The notes below the pieces were generated by a model, which saw only the letters and a program-made list of their open reading frames with translations, searched no databases and had not been told where the DNA came from. DNA of 63,970 bases, filler included, from Reticulomyxa filosa (taxonomy: Eukaryota > Protista > Foraminifera), in the NCBI GenBank assembly GCA_000512085.1. It is 27 parts of 27 records of this genome, joined end to end, with 100 filler letters (N's around TTAATTAATTAA, not from the genome) between each part and the next. Parts side by side here need not be neighbours in the genome. Positions count along the whole stretch, not along the records: positions 1 to 1,493 come from ASPP01007805.1; positions 1,594 to 3,441 come from ASPP01004012.1; positions 3,542 to 5,650 come from ASPP01021242.1; positions 5,751 to 8,376 come from ASPP01001766.1; positions 8,477 to 10,420 come from ASPP01000570.1; positions 10,521 to 12,594 come from ASPP01006270.1; 21 more parts are not named here. One strand, written 5' to 3'. A program made the position numbers and the translations under genes. This document shows positions 1-11,526 of the stretch, in pieces (positions within the stretch are counted from its first letter, which is position 1; each line of letters starts with the position of its first letter).

Positions 1-44
<44 letters not shown>

Positions 45-91
45 GACAAACAAATAAATAAACAAAGATGATTAAAAGACTATCAACAAAC

Positions 92-815
92 TGCAGAAAG
101 CCTCGCGGAACGAACAGATGGTTGACCTGAAGCACCACCAAATGCTTGCAGTACAGACTGCAACACATCATTGATGCTTCCCTCTCTGTCAATTGTTGCA
201 AACGCTGCAAATGTCTCATGTGTTGGCGCCCCTGTTCTTGTGGACCTGTTTTCTGCTCCGGAGTTTTGATTGACATTTGGGGTTGCTTCTTCATTTTTTT
301 CTTCTGTGCGTTGTTGTGTACAGTTTTGTAGAGATCATCTACTTTTTTGATTGGTTTGAAAAAAAACATAACAAAACAAAACCTGAAATATCTTTCTTGC
401 TGAGAACAAGGTGCAATGCGGTCCCATTTTGTACGCCTGTTTTTTTTTTTTTTTTTTTTGGTTGAAACACAAAACTTATTCTTTTTCTCTTTTTTTTTGA
501 ATAACACACATACAGACACAAAAGACAGAATCGTAACAGTTGGTTTTCAGCAATCCACCCCGAAGGACACGACCACGAAATATAAGTCTCTGCTTTGCTA
601 CTTCATGTCCTTTTAGTGCTTTGATTTTTTCTTTTAAATCTTCAACTGTTGCCTTTTTTTTGTTTGGTTTGTTTGCTTTTTTTTTTTACTTTGGCGCTGT
701 AAAGCAACACGTTAAAACGTTCAACTTCGTCATTTATTTCAAGAGAAAAACTGTCTTCTCTTAGAGTTTTTATCGTAATTTTGATCATGCCACTCTTTGG
801 TTTCAATTGGGACAT
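92..815 (-). CDS. N-terminal ubiquitin-like (UBL) domain protein, BAG6/ubiquilin-like, multi-exon, 3' incomplete
   Basis: Spliced exons read MSQLKPKSGMIKITIKTLREDSFSLEINDE | ATVEDLKEKIKALKGHEVAKQRLIFRGRVL.. | GVQNGTALHLVL, a UBL fold signature (QRLIFxGRxL, LHLVL). GT-AG boundaries at 725/653 and an acceptor at 437. Confidence 0.8.
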
Positions 816-1493
816 TATCTGATGCACAAATGTTCGACCTTGATAGAATATATAAATAAATGAATGTTTCCCTTTTTCCAAGTAAACACCATATTCAAAG
901 CACTAAATAAAAATGCTTATTAAAACAAAATTACGTTCACCCATCTAGGCCCCGTGTTTGTCAAAACAAAGATTTTTTATTATATAAAAATTTGGCTCAG
1001 AAAAAATACCGGGTTATCTTCAAATGCAAAACCAATCTGTTATTTTCTTGCAATCAACAATTGCGATCGGTTCAATGCAACCGTGTCATGACACAAAAAA
1101 GGCCACATAGATTCTAAAAACTCTTTCCAAAAAAAAAAAGAAAACCTTTGCAAACGCAACAAGCGAAGCATAGAAACAACAAACAAACAAAAGAGCAGGA
1201 AGATGGAGGGGAGAGAGAAAAAAAAAAAAAAGAGTCCTGGAGTAACTTTTGTTGGATTTACAACTACACATCAACTTATTCAGCTTTGACAGGGGCGAAA
1301 ACTTCTACAGTGGAATAGACACAAAGGGAAAGGGGAAAAAAAGAGAGACCAAAGTTAGGGAAGCCAAATAACTATGCATCCAAAATGCACAACCCAAAGT
1401 AAAATAATAGACTAAAAAAAGAGACAAAACAAAACAAAGCAAGTACACCACAACAATTCCCCTCCCTCCCCACTTTTTTTTTTTTTTTTTTTT

Positions 1494-1593
1494 NNNNNNN
1501 NNNNNNNNNNNNNNNNNNNNNNNNNNNNNNNNNNNNNTTAATTAATTAANNNNNNNNNNNNNNNNNNNNNNNNNNNNNNNNNNNNNNNNNNNN
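1494..1593. other. Artificial contig spacer N44-TTAATTAATTAA-N44 (first of 26)
   Basis: Identical 100-nt spacer with stops in all six frames. Copies start at 1494, 3442, 5651, 8377, 10421, 12595, 13940, 18537, 22306, 23805, 25205, 26343, 30362, 32625, 33802, 34960, 37324, 39524, 42087, 43911, 46115, 53359, 54673, 56690, 59358 and 62092. Confidence 0.98.

Positions 1594-1637
<44 letters not shown>
1594..1637. repeat. (TTGA)n microsatellite in an intron at the contig start
   Basis: ttgattgattgattga... seen directly. Confidence 0.9.
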
Positions 1638-1639
<2 letters not shown>

Positions 1640-1697
1640 TGTTGGTTTGCATATGATTACATATCCACATCCAACACACACGAAACACGATGTGTAG

Positions 1698-2359
1698 ATC
1701 AAGAGGAGTTGGAAAAGAAAATTCGAAATGCGCGAATGTATTTGGTAATGCCCTTGCAAAATATACTTTCTCGTGAAATCAGCCATGCCATTGACATGCG
1801 CACCAAATACAACCGCGAAAAGCGACACTACGATGACATTTGCACCACCATCGAACAATTGAAAAAAGATCTGAGTATGCTCGATCAAATGAAACAGCAA
1901 GAGTCATTCGATACCCAACACCAGGACGATCAGAGCATTACTGCCAATCCTTTGCAAAAGGACGACACGGCCCATGACGACTCGTCTTCTGCACAAAATG
2001 AAACAAAGACTATCAATTTGGCTTCGCGACTCAAAATGACTTGGGCGAGACTGTCCACAGGCATTAGTTCAAGCGACGATGAGTCCGGCTTTCGTACTGG
2101 ATGCACACGTTCAAAGGACAGAGAAAGCTACCACACTGTGGGTGCTATGAGTCCCGAAAATAGAGCTGAATACGAGACACAATTGAAAGAAGCTCGTGAA
2201 AAATATAAAGCTTGTCTCAAATCCTTCGAAACAAGTAAACAGCAGCTCTTGGAATGCATTGAATTGATAGAAAACAAACTTAATTTAGAAACAGATCATT
2301 ATTTCAAGCAATTTGGTGACTTTGTTGAAAAATCACACGGTGATCAGTTTCGAAAGTGA
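1698..2359 (+). CDS. BAR-domain-like coiled-coil protein, last exon
   Basis: Acceptor tgtag at 1697. LVMPLQNILSREISHAIDMRTKYNREKRHYD and QLKEAREKY..FETSKQQL resemble BAR helices 2 and 3. Confidence 0.5.
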
Positions 2360-4580
2360 AAATAAGGTCACCTTTCTCTAACTCTCTACCTTGAAATCAT
2401 ACCTTTTGTGTTTTTTGGCCTAGGCTGCCATTAGAAAATTGTTTTTTTCTTTTGGAAATCCTTTTTTAAACTTTTCCAATTGTCCAACACAATATCTGTG
2501 CTATGTAGTCTCTTCAGTACTTTCACAAAAAAATGCTGGTTCAGATTTTAAAAGGGTAACATTTGCTTACTTTTATGTCAGACCCTTCAATTATTAAAAT
2601 AAAATAAAAAATAACAATATAATTTTCTCAATGAACGAATCTTTACTTTGACACCTATAGCTTTTTCAATGACACAATTTGTGATTTATTCTAATTGTTA
2701 TGCTTTTAAAATTTTCAATGCGAGAACCCTTGTCTATACCGCAAAAAACGACAAAATCCGCAAAGATCTGAAAAAAGGCCCATTGTTGTGTCACCAATCA
2801 CGGTTTGCTTCGTGATACGCGAACAATGTTGAAAAGAGGAAGGAAAAGAAAAGAAGTCAGTCCCTCAGTGCATTGTCAAAAAAGGAAATTTGGTAAACAA
2901 AAACGTAAAACCCCAAACCAAACAAAAACGAAACAAAACAAAAACAAAACCAGAAAACAGACAAAAGCAAAACAAAAACAAAGACAAAATGAACCTAATG
3001 AGCAGCAAAGGAAGAAAAAGCAATGTTTTGCAACCAGGTCATCCATTCATTTTGAAGACATTGGCTTATCTTAAATTTTGTCAATTCAATTAATATCTTA
3101 CGTACGCTTTTGCAACAAATCAAGGCATTCAGAACATAATTTTTCGACTTGTTGTGATCTGCAAAATTTCATCTGAAATTTGTGTATTGTCATTGTTTGT
3201 TTTGTTGAGAAAATGCGGGATGAAAAAAAGTTTGTCCAATAAAACATACGTTAATGTAATTGTGTTGGACATTGTTTGCCCAGGTTATCTTCAACCCGGC
3301 GATCTCTTTTGCACAATTGGCGTGGACAAAAACATTAGGATTTTGATGTTGCAGCAATTGCTTTACGACTTGGAGTATGTTTCGAATCTATCCCATCCAA
3401 TTGAAACAATTGAACAAATGTCTCTCCGAGTCAACAACGCCNNNNNNNNNNNNNNNNNNNNNNNNNNNNNNNNNNNNNNNNNNNNTTAATTAATTAANNN
3501 NNNNNNNNNNNNNNNNNNNNNNNNNNNNNNNNNNNNNNNNNAGGCTCTTTGAGCAAAAAGCCCTTTCGTATTACATTTAGTGCGAACTCTTTTCCGGCTG
3601 ACGTCTCACACTATTGCAATTCAGCCCTTTGTATACCTAAGTGTTACATATTATAAGAAAGCACAAGCAAAGTATAGCGCAAACAGAAGTTCTGTCAACA
3701 AAGCCACAAAAAAAGGATCACCTTAAAATGAACCCCTAAAAACATTTGCCACCTCATTTATGAAAAATTAATAGTTTTTGAAATTTTTTTACAATATCTA
3801 GGTTCCTAGAGAACCTAGAAATGTATTTGGTTTTTAACAAAAGTGTACAAGAAAAATCAAGATTGAACCAAATTTTTTCTTTAAATTTATATAATGCCAT
3901 TTTGGAGCCACCCTTTTTTTATTTTTACGTTTAACAATTGTAATACGAAAGTATTCTTCTCGAACCAATTCCAATAAAACAAAATGAATTAAATAAATAA
4001 AAGAGAAAAACGTAAGAAGAGGAAGAGCAAACAAAGCGGGTGAAGAAAGTTGATTGAAAAGTTTTGGGAAAAAGGGAATTTCACGGCTCAATTGAACCTT
4101 GACAACAGACGGTGGAAACTGCTCTTTGTTGTTGTGTGTTGGTTATGCCTAGAATAAACTTATATTCTTCATTAAAAAATTTTCTTTTATCATTGGCAAC
4201 TAACAAGCCAAACAAGAGCAAAAAACAACATCAAAGTGACGTGGCAAATGTAGCCAAATTTACACTGCATTTGTAAAGTAACCTTGATAGTTAGTAAACA
4301 TATAGCTGTTTTACTTTTACTGTCTTAAAAATGATATATCACGTGATCTGTTGTCAAGATTGAAAGTATTGATAGTGTACTTTTTTTTTAGTTGTTTGTT
4401 TTCATTAATATAAAAAGTAAACTGAAAACAATAATGGAAGAATATCGTGCATTGATAAGCATTTACTTTCTTTTCTTTGTCGTAGATTTAAAAAAACTTA
4501 CTTGGTTGGCAAACTCTAAAAAACTTTTTTTAAAAACTGATGCACAGCACCTCAACACAACAAGAAAAATATAAGAAAAA

Positions 4581-5650
4581 ATGACATCTTTGAAAAAGAA
4601 GGAGACACGTTCTAATAGTACTTCTTCTGCCACAGTAAATGCGAGTAAAACAGAAAGACGTTCGACGGAAAACTTAGCGAGACAACACGTACAATGTAAT
4701 GAGGTCTTGCAAGACGTCGAGAACGAGTTGCAGCAAACACGACAAGAGAATAGTTTTTACGAAAAGCAAATTGGATTGATTGAATCAACGTTCAGTGATT
4801 TGATATCATTTTTGCTGGACAGAAAAAAAGCTGTCTGCAACGATTTGAGAACCTCTTGTCAGAGCGTCGTACAACATTAGAAGAACAAGCAGACCAGATA
4901 AGATTTTATTTATCTGTGTTGAGTGAGAACATCCAACTACAGCAGGAAGTGCTGAATGACACGACAAAATATCCGATTAATGATAAGAATGGGAAAAAAC
5001 TTCGAAAAGAGAAGATTTTGGAAATCGAAAAACTGGTGAAAACAAGCACAAAGCATATGGATGCCAATTTGAAAACGTATCGCCAAACAACAGATTTATT
5101 ATTTACATATGACAAAAAAGCGTACTTAAGGTTATTGGAAGGTATAAAAAATTTTGGAGATATCACCGCCACGGTCCGAAAAAACGATGGAAAGGCGACA
5201 GCAATGAACGAAGACACACAGCATAGTGTTTTGTTAATGGCTGATACCAATAATTGGACGCTGCCCGATGGAAGTTCTTTCCCACCGGACCTGACAAGTA
5301 TCGTCCAGAGTTCCACGATAGCCTTGATCAATACCAACACCACTGCAGCCATGTTCATCGATGACAAAGAAGACCACGAAGGAGTACTGACACGGGCTAG
5401 CGAAAGCATACCGTCCCGATCGAATCATCACAAGGAAGAGCATAGCAGCAGCTTGTCCGGAAGTATGGATGCACTTCCAATCGGGTCTCCACTAATGGTT
5501 GGAGATAGAGAAAAGAAATCCAGTAGTATGAGCTTCGATGATACCAGTTATAGTCATGGAAAAATTGCTCCTTCTGGTTCAAATACTTTCACATCCTCGC
5601 GTTTATTGAATGTGTGGTGGCAGAACAAAGTTTTGTTTTTTTTTTTTTTT
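4581..5650 (+). CDS. Coiled-coil protein (B-box C-terminal-like) with a 1-nt frameshift near 4860, 3' incomplete
   Basis: ORFs 4581-4880 and 4856-5650 join if one A is restored (TGT CA[A] GAG CGT). IESTFSDLISFLLDRKKAVCNDL resembles the TRIM/BBC coiled coil. Confidence 0.5.
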
Positions 5651-6342
5651 NNNNNNNNNNNNNNNNNNNNNNNNNNNNNNNNNNNNNNNNNNNNTTAATT
5701 AATTAANNNNNNNNNNNNNNNNNNNNNNNNNNNNNNNNNNNNNNNNNNNNTTCATCTTTGAAAATAGTAGTCATTTTTGGTACATTTTGACAAGATTTTT
5801 TTCTCGTTTGGTTAAACTTTTGCGCAAGCCAAAAAAAAGTTTTGTAATGAATCGATCAATTTTTTCAAGGCAAAAAAATATTTTTTAACAACTTTGACGT
5901 TACAAGCCTTGTTCAGCTCAAAGGTCGCCGAATGAATTTTTTTTGAAAATGTCCTCTCCTTCTTGTTAGAACTACTCATACGTAAGAAAAGCACCAAGCA
6001 ATACGGCAACAAAAACCGCCAAATATGCATACGTTAAAATAGTGATAAATCTTTTCTTCAAAGTTTTTTTCCAACTTAAAAAAAAGTATGACATTAAAGT
6101 CCTACACGTTCACTTGCACGGACAGTGACATTCTCTTCTAAGCTCAAGTACAGGCTCGTCCTCATCATTATCGCCGTTAATGGCGTCTTCGAGTCAGCAA
6201 AGTTGACAACGTATCGCAGGAAGCCTAGTGAAAAAAAAGAAATTAATTAGATAAAAAATTCAATTTAACATATATATCAATACCTCCTAATTCTGCTAAA
6301 ATTTTTGAATTAAGCATCTTCTTGTGAACGATCATAACAAAT

Positions 6343-6928
6343 AGCTAATTCAATAGCTCAATTAAAACTATTTTCACCATCATAAGAAGTATCAATAATG
6401 TCAATAACAATAGCTTTTAATTTGCACTATTAAATAAATCATCAGCACTGCCAGCTAAAACTAAATTTTATACGTTAGGTAAATTATTTTGTTATATAAT
6501 ATTGCTATCTCTATTTTTCATATGATTGTGCACATCGACATGCTTTTAAGTAATTCTACTGTAAATTTTTATATGTTACATGTACTACCAGATAATGTAT
6601 CATATAAGCAACAATTGCCATCCATTATTATAAAACCAAATCTAGCATCACTTTCTAATAATTCATTTAATGGTTCTACATGAAATTTATTATTACATAC
6701 ATATAACGATGTGTTTATATGTTTAAACGATTCAAAATGTATTGACATTTTTTTTCTTTTTCCATCTTCTGTCATTACTGTTCCACAATATTCCACTAAA
6801 ACTTTCGTTGGTACTTTAGTGTATAGTTTTAATCTTTCACTTGCACTTGCTATTGCTGAAAAATCATTTACTCGCACTTTTATATTTGATGCTGTTCCAT
6901 GCTCGTCTTGTAACATTTTTTGTACGTT
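6343..6928 (-). pseudogene. ETF1: Eukaryotic release factor 1 pseudogene
   Basis: [62 protein letters not shown], then a stop, KFTVELL, no GGQ loop, LAGSAD, and DTSYDGENSFN*AIELA in shifted frames. Clear eRF1 homology with stops, deletions and frameshifts. Confidence 0.9.
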
Positions 6929-8552
6929 GCTGCTTATTATACTATCAATGTACAATCTTGTTTTTTCCACATCCTTTTTGTAAACTTCTAGTTTTTGATT
7001 AAACCAAAAGTGTTGTCTTTGATTTCAACAGCTTATGAGTGTTGACATATGCATAACGAAAACACTGTTTGAGTAAAATTGAATCTCCTTGTCATTCATC
7101 ATGTGAAAGAGATGAATAGCAAATAACAACTTATTATCTAATGCTAGTGATGAGAAAGAATATATGTAATTCATCGAAAGCTTGCCTCTTCCCTTGTTTG
7201 GAAAAAGAATTGAATAATTTTGTTGTCTTAAAATAAGAACTATACTGTCTTAAAAGTATCAAAAATATTCCTTTTTTTTAATTAGAAATTGTAAAAATAA
7301 GTTCAACAATAAAATATCATGAACTATCAAGGAAATAAAATGGAATCTCATAAACATGCGAAGCGATATTTATGGATTTTATAAAGTCCCAATTGTTTAA
7401 AAAGATTGTATTCTATAGCTTGAGGGTATATAAATCTAGAATTATTTGCAGATTGATTACAAAAAAAGTGAGATTGAAAATTCTCTTTAAAATTAAAAAA
7501 AGTAATACACCAGACTAAAAATGATGAAAAAAAAAAGACTGTAAAAAATTTCTTATAAAATTCCCACTATGAATATCCAAAATACATAGCAGGCAGCAGT
7601 AAATGCTTTGAAAAAAGAGATTATCTATCTATCAAATTTCAGCATGCATAGTTAACACAACAGAATCTGTTAGTTTCAATATCATAAGGCATTTCTACTT
7701 TTTGATAAATATCACTGTCTTCTCAGACACAATAATACATATTTTCGTTTTTTTAAAATAGCTTCACACTTTTCTGCACTTGATATCATTATGTCATGAC
7801 ATGTTTGCAAGTTTGCACGAGCAAGGCCAGAAATGCTCTCGGCAAGATCGTATAACGTATAGTGAAGTTGATATTTGAATATTTGCCGCTGAAACATGAG
7901 TCAACGGAAAGTTTGATGTCCCTTTGTAAGACATCTTCCAACAGTTAAGTAAAAAAAAAATGGAACCGTTCCCCTTTTGAACGTCTTTTCTGTTATCTAA
8001 TTTTATCTAGTACTTTTCAACAGGATTTTAGTTTTGGCTATATTTCTGTATTTGACACTGATATTAAATGTTATTTTTCCTTTTTTTAACAAATAAAAAT
8101 TATACGTCAAAAGGGTTCAGTTTTGTTTTTTTTATTTATAATGTCTTTGATTTGTCACGTATTCAAAAGAGTGTAAGTTGACTTGTTACAGCTAATTACT
8201 CTAATCCAATTTTTTTTGTCTTTTTTTATTGAAGATTATAGGCTAGCTTGTTTTTTTCTTTTGCTGTCGTGACAACAAATAAGTCTTTAATTCTCGTGCT
8301 AACAAAGGAAATGCAAGAAACAAATCGAGCAAAATTTACGAATAAGAAAGTATTGAAACGAATCTCTTTGACAAAANNNNNNNNNNNNNNNNNNNNNNNN
8401 NNNNNNNNNNNNNNNNNNNNTTAATTAATTAANNNNNNNNNNNNNNNNNNNNNNNNNNNNNNNNNNNNNNNNNNNNTAATCAATTAAAGGCCTCAAATTT
8501 TTTTAAATTTAGTTTAAAACATAAATGAGAAAATAAGATGTTAAGGTAATGC

Positions 8553-9128
8553 TTAAACCTGATTGAATCTGAAACAAGTTATTAAGTGATCATTAACCAT
8601 ACCTACTGCTTGCATATGGGCATATATGATTGTTGACCCTACAAATTTAAATCCTCTTTGCTTGAGATCTTTACTAAAAGCATCTGATTCTTTGGTAGAA
8701 GCGGGTACATCTTTTAGATGTTTCCAATTATTAACTACTCTTTTTCCATCAATAAATTGCCAACTATATTTATGGAATGAACCAAACTTTTCCTGAATTT
8801 CTATAAAAGCTTGAGCATTTGTAATAGCTGCTTCAATTTTGAGTCTGTTCCTTATAATTCCAGAATTTAGCAATAAACTCGCAACTCTTTCTTTTGAGAA
8901 GTTAGCAACTTTTAATACATCATAATTAGCAAATGCTTCTTTATAATGGTGTCGTCTTTTCAATATTGTAAGCCAACTTAATCCAGCTTGAGCCGATTCG
9001 AGAATTAAAAATTCAAATAACTTTTTATCATCGTGTACTGGAACACCCCACTCCTGATCGTGATATTTTACATAAATGGGATCCTTTTCACACCATGTAC
9101 ATCGATTAAAATCACTAAGGAAAGTCAT
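8553..9128 (-). CDS. tag: DNA-3-methyladenine glycosylase I (bacterial)
   Basis: RCTW, YHDQEWGVP, LFEFLILESAQAGLSW, GIIRNRLKI, GFKFVGSTIIYAHMQAVGMVNDH..C. Intronless, 191 aa. Confidence 0.96.
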   Translation of the reverse strand: MTFLSDFNRCTWCEKDPIYVKYHDQEWGVPVHDDKKLFEFLILESAQAGLSWLTILKRRHHYKEAFANYDVLKVANFSKERVASLLLNSGIIRNRLKIEAAITNAQAFIEIQEKFGSFHKYSWQFIDGKRVVNNWKHLKDVPASTKESDAFSKDLKQRGFKFVGSTIIYAHMQAVGMVNDHLITCFRFNQV

Positions 9129-9226
9129 ATTTCAAAATGTTTTATTTTATTATATAGCAATCCAAAAGCAGAGCAAATGAAAGAATAACTCCTTACTAAA
9201 AGATAATTAAGTTAGGTAATAATAAA

Positions 9227-9259
9227 TGAAAGATATACGTCAATAACGTATATCTTTCA
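9227..9259 (-). terminator. Perfect 14-bp stem-loop, terminator-like on the minus strand
   Basis: TGAAAGATATACGT-caata-ACGTATATCTTTCA; followed by TTTATTATT on the minus strand. Confidence 0.55.
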
Positions 9260-9450
9260 CAAACATTACAAAGAAAGTACACACAGAACAATAGTCTTTT
9301 TTTATCTGTAAATCTTAGCTGTCAACATAGATAAAATTCCTTATATACATACCTCTTAACCAAAAACATTTACAATTATTAAAAATAATTCTTGTCATAA
9401 CTAAATAAACAGTTTATTTCATTATTTGTAACGCTTTTAAGGATAAATAA

Positions 9451-9753
9451 ATGAACAAAGAAGAATTAATTAATGCACTTAGTGACAAAACAGGTTTCAC
9501 TAAATCAGATTGCAGAAAATTTCTTGATTCTCAACTGCAAATCATCTCTCAAGCATTAGCTAAAGATGATGCTATTCAGCTTATTGGTTTTGGTACTTTT
9601 AAAGTAGTAAAAACTAAGCAAAAGCAAGGTATCAATCCACAAACAAGGCAAAAAATTACCATTCCAGCAGGTAAAAGAGTTAAGTTTGCAGCAGGAAAAC
9701 AATTGAAAGATTCAGTTTCTAAAAAAAGCTCTACTGCTAAAAAGAAGAGATAA
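9451..9753 (+). CDS. hup: DNA-binding protein HU with a short Lys-rich tail
   Basis: MNKEELI, IQLIGFGTF, GINPQTRQKITIPA..VKFAAGKQLKD. SD-like AAGGA upstream of the ATG. Confidence 0.93.
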   Translation: MNKEELINALSDKTGFTKSDCRKFLDSQLQIISQALAKDDAIQLIGFGTFKVVKTKQKQGINPQTRQKITIPAGKRVKFAAGKQLKDSVSKKSSTAKKKR

Positions 9754-9787
9754 ATAATACGAACTGTATATTCTTTATAAGAGTTAT

Positions 9788-9814
9788 GGTATATGAATTA
9801 TTAATTCATATACC
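9788..9814. terminator. Palindrome between convergent hup and esterase genes, probable bidirectional terminator
   Basis: GGTATATGAATTA-T-TAATTCATATACC, abutting the esterase stop codon at 9814-9816. Confidence 0.55.
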
Positions 9815-10250
9815 TAATTATTATTTTTCTTTATCGAATTTATAAAGATTATAATTTCGTTTAGCGCTTTTTTAGCCTTCAAACTTAGACCTGCAAATTG
9901 TAAAAATCCATGGATACAATTTATATAGTGTTTTCGACTAATCTGAATTTTTATTTTTCAAATTAGTTTCAAAATTATTTGTGATTTCATTCAATGGATC
10001 TATATCACAGGGTATAAGAAAGGTTTGCATTTTTTGAAAAAGGTTAAAATCAACCTTTTGAAAAACAGTTTTAATTTGTTTAATATCCGTAATATATTGT
10101 TTTATGCAATACATTATTATTCTGTAGAATATTCTATTAGTATAGCTATGAGAATTACGTAATTTTAATAGCGTGTCTTTCTCAAAGTATAATAAAGGGT
10201 ATATTAAAATTAATCCTTTAGGCATATACCCTTTATTACGACTAATATAT
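9814..10250 (-). pseudogene. Alpha/beta hydrolase (HSL-family esterase/lipase) C-terminal remnant, cut by an IS5 end
   Basis: PKGLILIYP and TFLIPCDIDPL (catalytic Asp region), then after a 1-nt shift near 9950 KHYINCIHGFLQF (catalytic His, HGF motif). No GDSAG/HGGG N-terminal half; the frame ends at the IS inverted repeat. Confidence 0.72.
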
Positions 10251-10420
10251 TAGACTTCTTTCGAAACTAAAAGAAATAGATTAAAAAGTATTTAGTAACT
10301 AATATAGGAAGTTATGAAATACGAAGCTATCAAAGGGTTAAATTCAGACCAATTTCGCCGTTTAACCGGTGTAAAGAAAGAAACATTCGAGAAGATTATT
10401 AATATATTGAAGGAAGCAGA
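10251..10420 (+). mobile_element. IS5-family (ISL2-group-like) left end with transposase N-terminus (CDS from 10314)
   Basis: Terminal TAGACTTCTTTCGAAACT, SD-like AGGAAG, then MKYEAIKGLNSDQFRRLTGVKKETFEKIINILKEA. FRRLTG is typical of Wolbachia/Rickettsiales IS5 transposases. The contig breaks inside the element. Confidence 0.82.
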
Positions 10421-10520
10421 NNNNNNNNNNNNNNNNNNNNNNNNNNNNNNNNNNNNNNNNNNNNTTAATTAATTAANNNNNNNNNNNNNNNNNNNNNNNN
10501 NNNNNNNNNNNNNNNNNNNN

Positions 10521-10657
10521 ATTGCAACGTCAGGCATTATCTAGCTAGATTTAGGCGCAGGTCAAGATGCTATTCAAAATCTCCAGCTATGGTTGAATTA
10601 GCCATAGCCTTCTTATTTGAAGAAGGCTTGCTGATGTATCTTTAAGGTAGCAATCCC
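10521..10657 (+). mobile_element. IS1-family right end (transposase C-terminus and right inverted repeat)
   Basis: CNVRHYLARFRRRSRCYSKSPAMVELAIAFLFEEGLLMYL* matches the IS1 InsB-type RHxLARxxRxxxCYSKS motif. IR at 10634-10657 (ATGTATCTTTAAGGTAGCAATCCC). Confidence 0.85.
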
Positions 10658-11034
10658 CATTTTATATTGATCCAAACAAAGAGTTGATGGGTGAATTAAA
10701 TTTTCATTCTTTACCAAGAAGTTATTTAGTTGATAAGAATGGGTATTTGATTTCAGCCTTTAAGAGAACGATAGATTGGTCTGATAAATTTGTTTTTGAA
10801 GAAATTTTAAGATTGAAAAATAATTCATCAAAATCAAATAAAGATTTAACTTTTGGACCTGACTCATCGACAAATTCTGTTAATGAAGGTGATGCTAAAG
10901 ATTTAGCAGGCAATGTGAAGAGCGATGAAGTAAATCCAATTGATTTATTAAGTCAAAAAGAGAATGACAATAAAGGGATATCTGATATAATTTCAGCAAC
11001 TAAAGAACATAAAAAAACAACTATATTGAAATAG
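10658..11034 (+). pseudogene. TlpA/redoxin-family thioredoxin-fold protein, 5' half removed by IS1
   Basis: FYIDPNKELMGELNFHSLPRSYLVDKNGYLISAFKRTIDWS matches the TlpA C-terminal half (cis-Pro loop, D-x-x-G, DW). No CxxC remains; the frame starts at the IS IR. Confidence 0.7.
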
Positions 11035-11035
11035 T

Positions 11036-11503
11036 ATGACTAATCCACAAATCCTAATCAAAAAATTATCCAACTTAAATGAGTTACCAATTCCTTCATA
11101 TGCAACTATTCATAGTGCAGGTATGGACTTATTAGCAGCAATTGATCAAGATATAATCTTAAAACCCTTAGAAAGAAAAGCTATTCCCACTGGAATAGCA
11201 ATTGCATTACCTGATGGTTATGAAGCGCAAATTAGAGCAAGATCGGGCTTAGCGTTGAAGCATGGTATAGCGGTTCCAAATGAACCTGGCACAATCGATG
11301 CAGATTACCGCGGTGAGATTTGTGCAATATTAATCAATTTAAGCAATCAGGATTTTGTGATTACTAGAGGTATAAGGATTGCGCAAATGATCATTACTCA
11401 ATACTCAAAAGCTAATTGGAATATTGTAGAACAACTACCTGAAACAGAAAGAGGTGAAGGTGGGTTTGGTTCAACTGGCATCGAACTTAAAAAAGCGATA
11501 TAA
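11036..11503 (+). CDS. dut: dUTP diphosphatase (bacterial)
   Basis: [41 protein letters not shown] (all five dUTPase motifs). Confidence 0.97.
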   Translation: MTNPQILIKKLSNLNELPIPSYATIHSAGMDLLAAIDQDIILKPLERKAIPTGIAIALPDGYEAQIRARSGLALKHGIAVPNEPGTIDADYRGEICAILINLSNQDFVITRGIRIAQMIITQYSKANWNIVEQLPETERGEGGFGSTGIELKKAI

Positions 11504-11526
11504 TCAATCAGCAGATTCGCTGAAAT

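Noticed and set aside
4850-4880. Programmed ribosomal frameshifting (also near 34650 and 42949)
   Set aside because: Each is fixed by adding one base to a short homopolymer, the typical pyrosequencing-type error. No convincing slippery site plus stimulatory structure was seen.
6569-6970. Altered eRF1 as a sign of stop-codon reassignment
   Set aside because: The copy is a pseudogene, and intact genes here end in ordinary TAA, TAG or TGA with no in-frame stops.
10251-10657. A single IS spanning the spacer
   Set aside because: The two sides are different families (IS5-like N-terminus, IS1-like C-terminus) with unrelated IRs.
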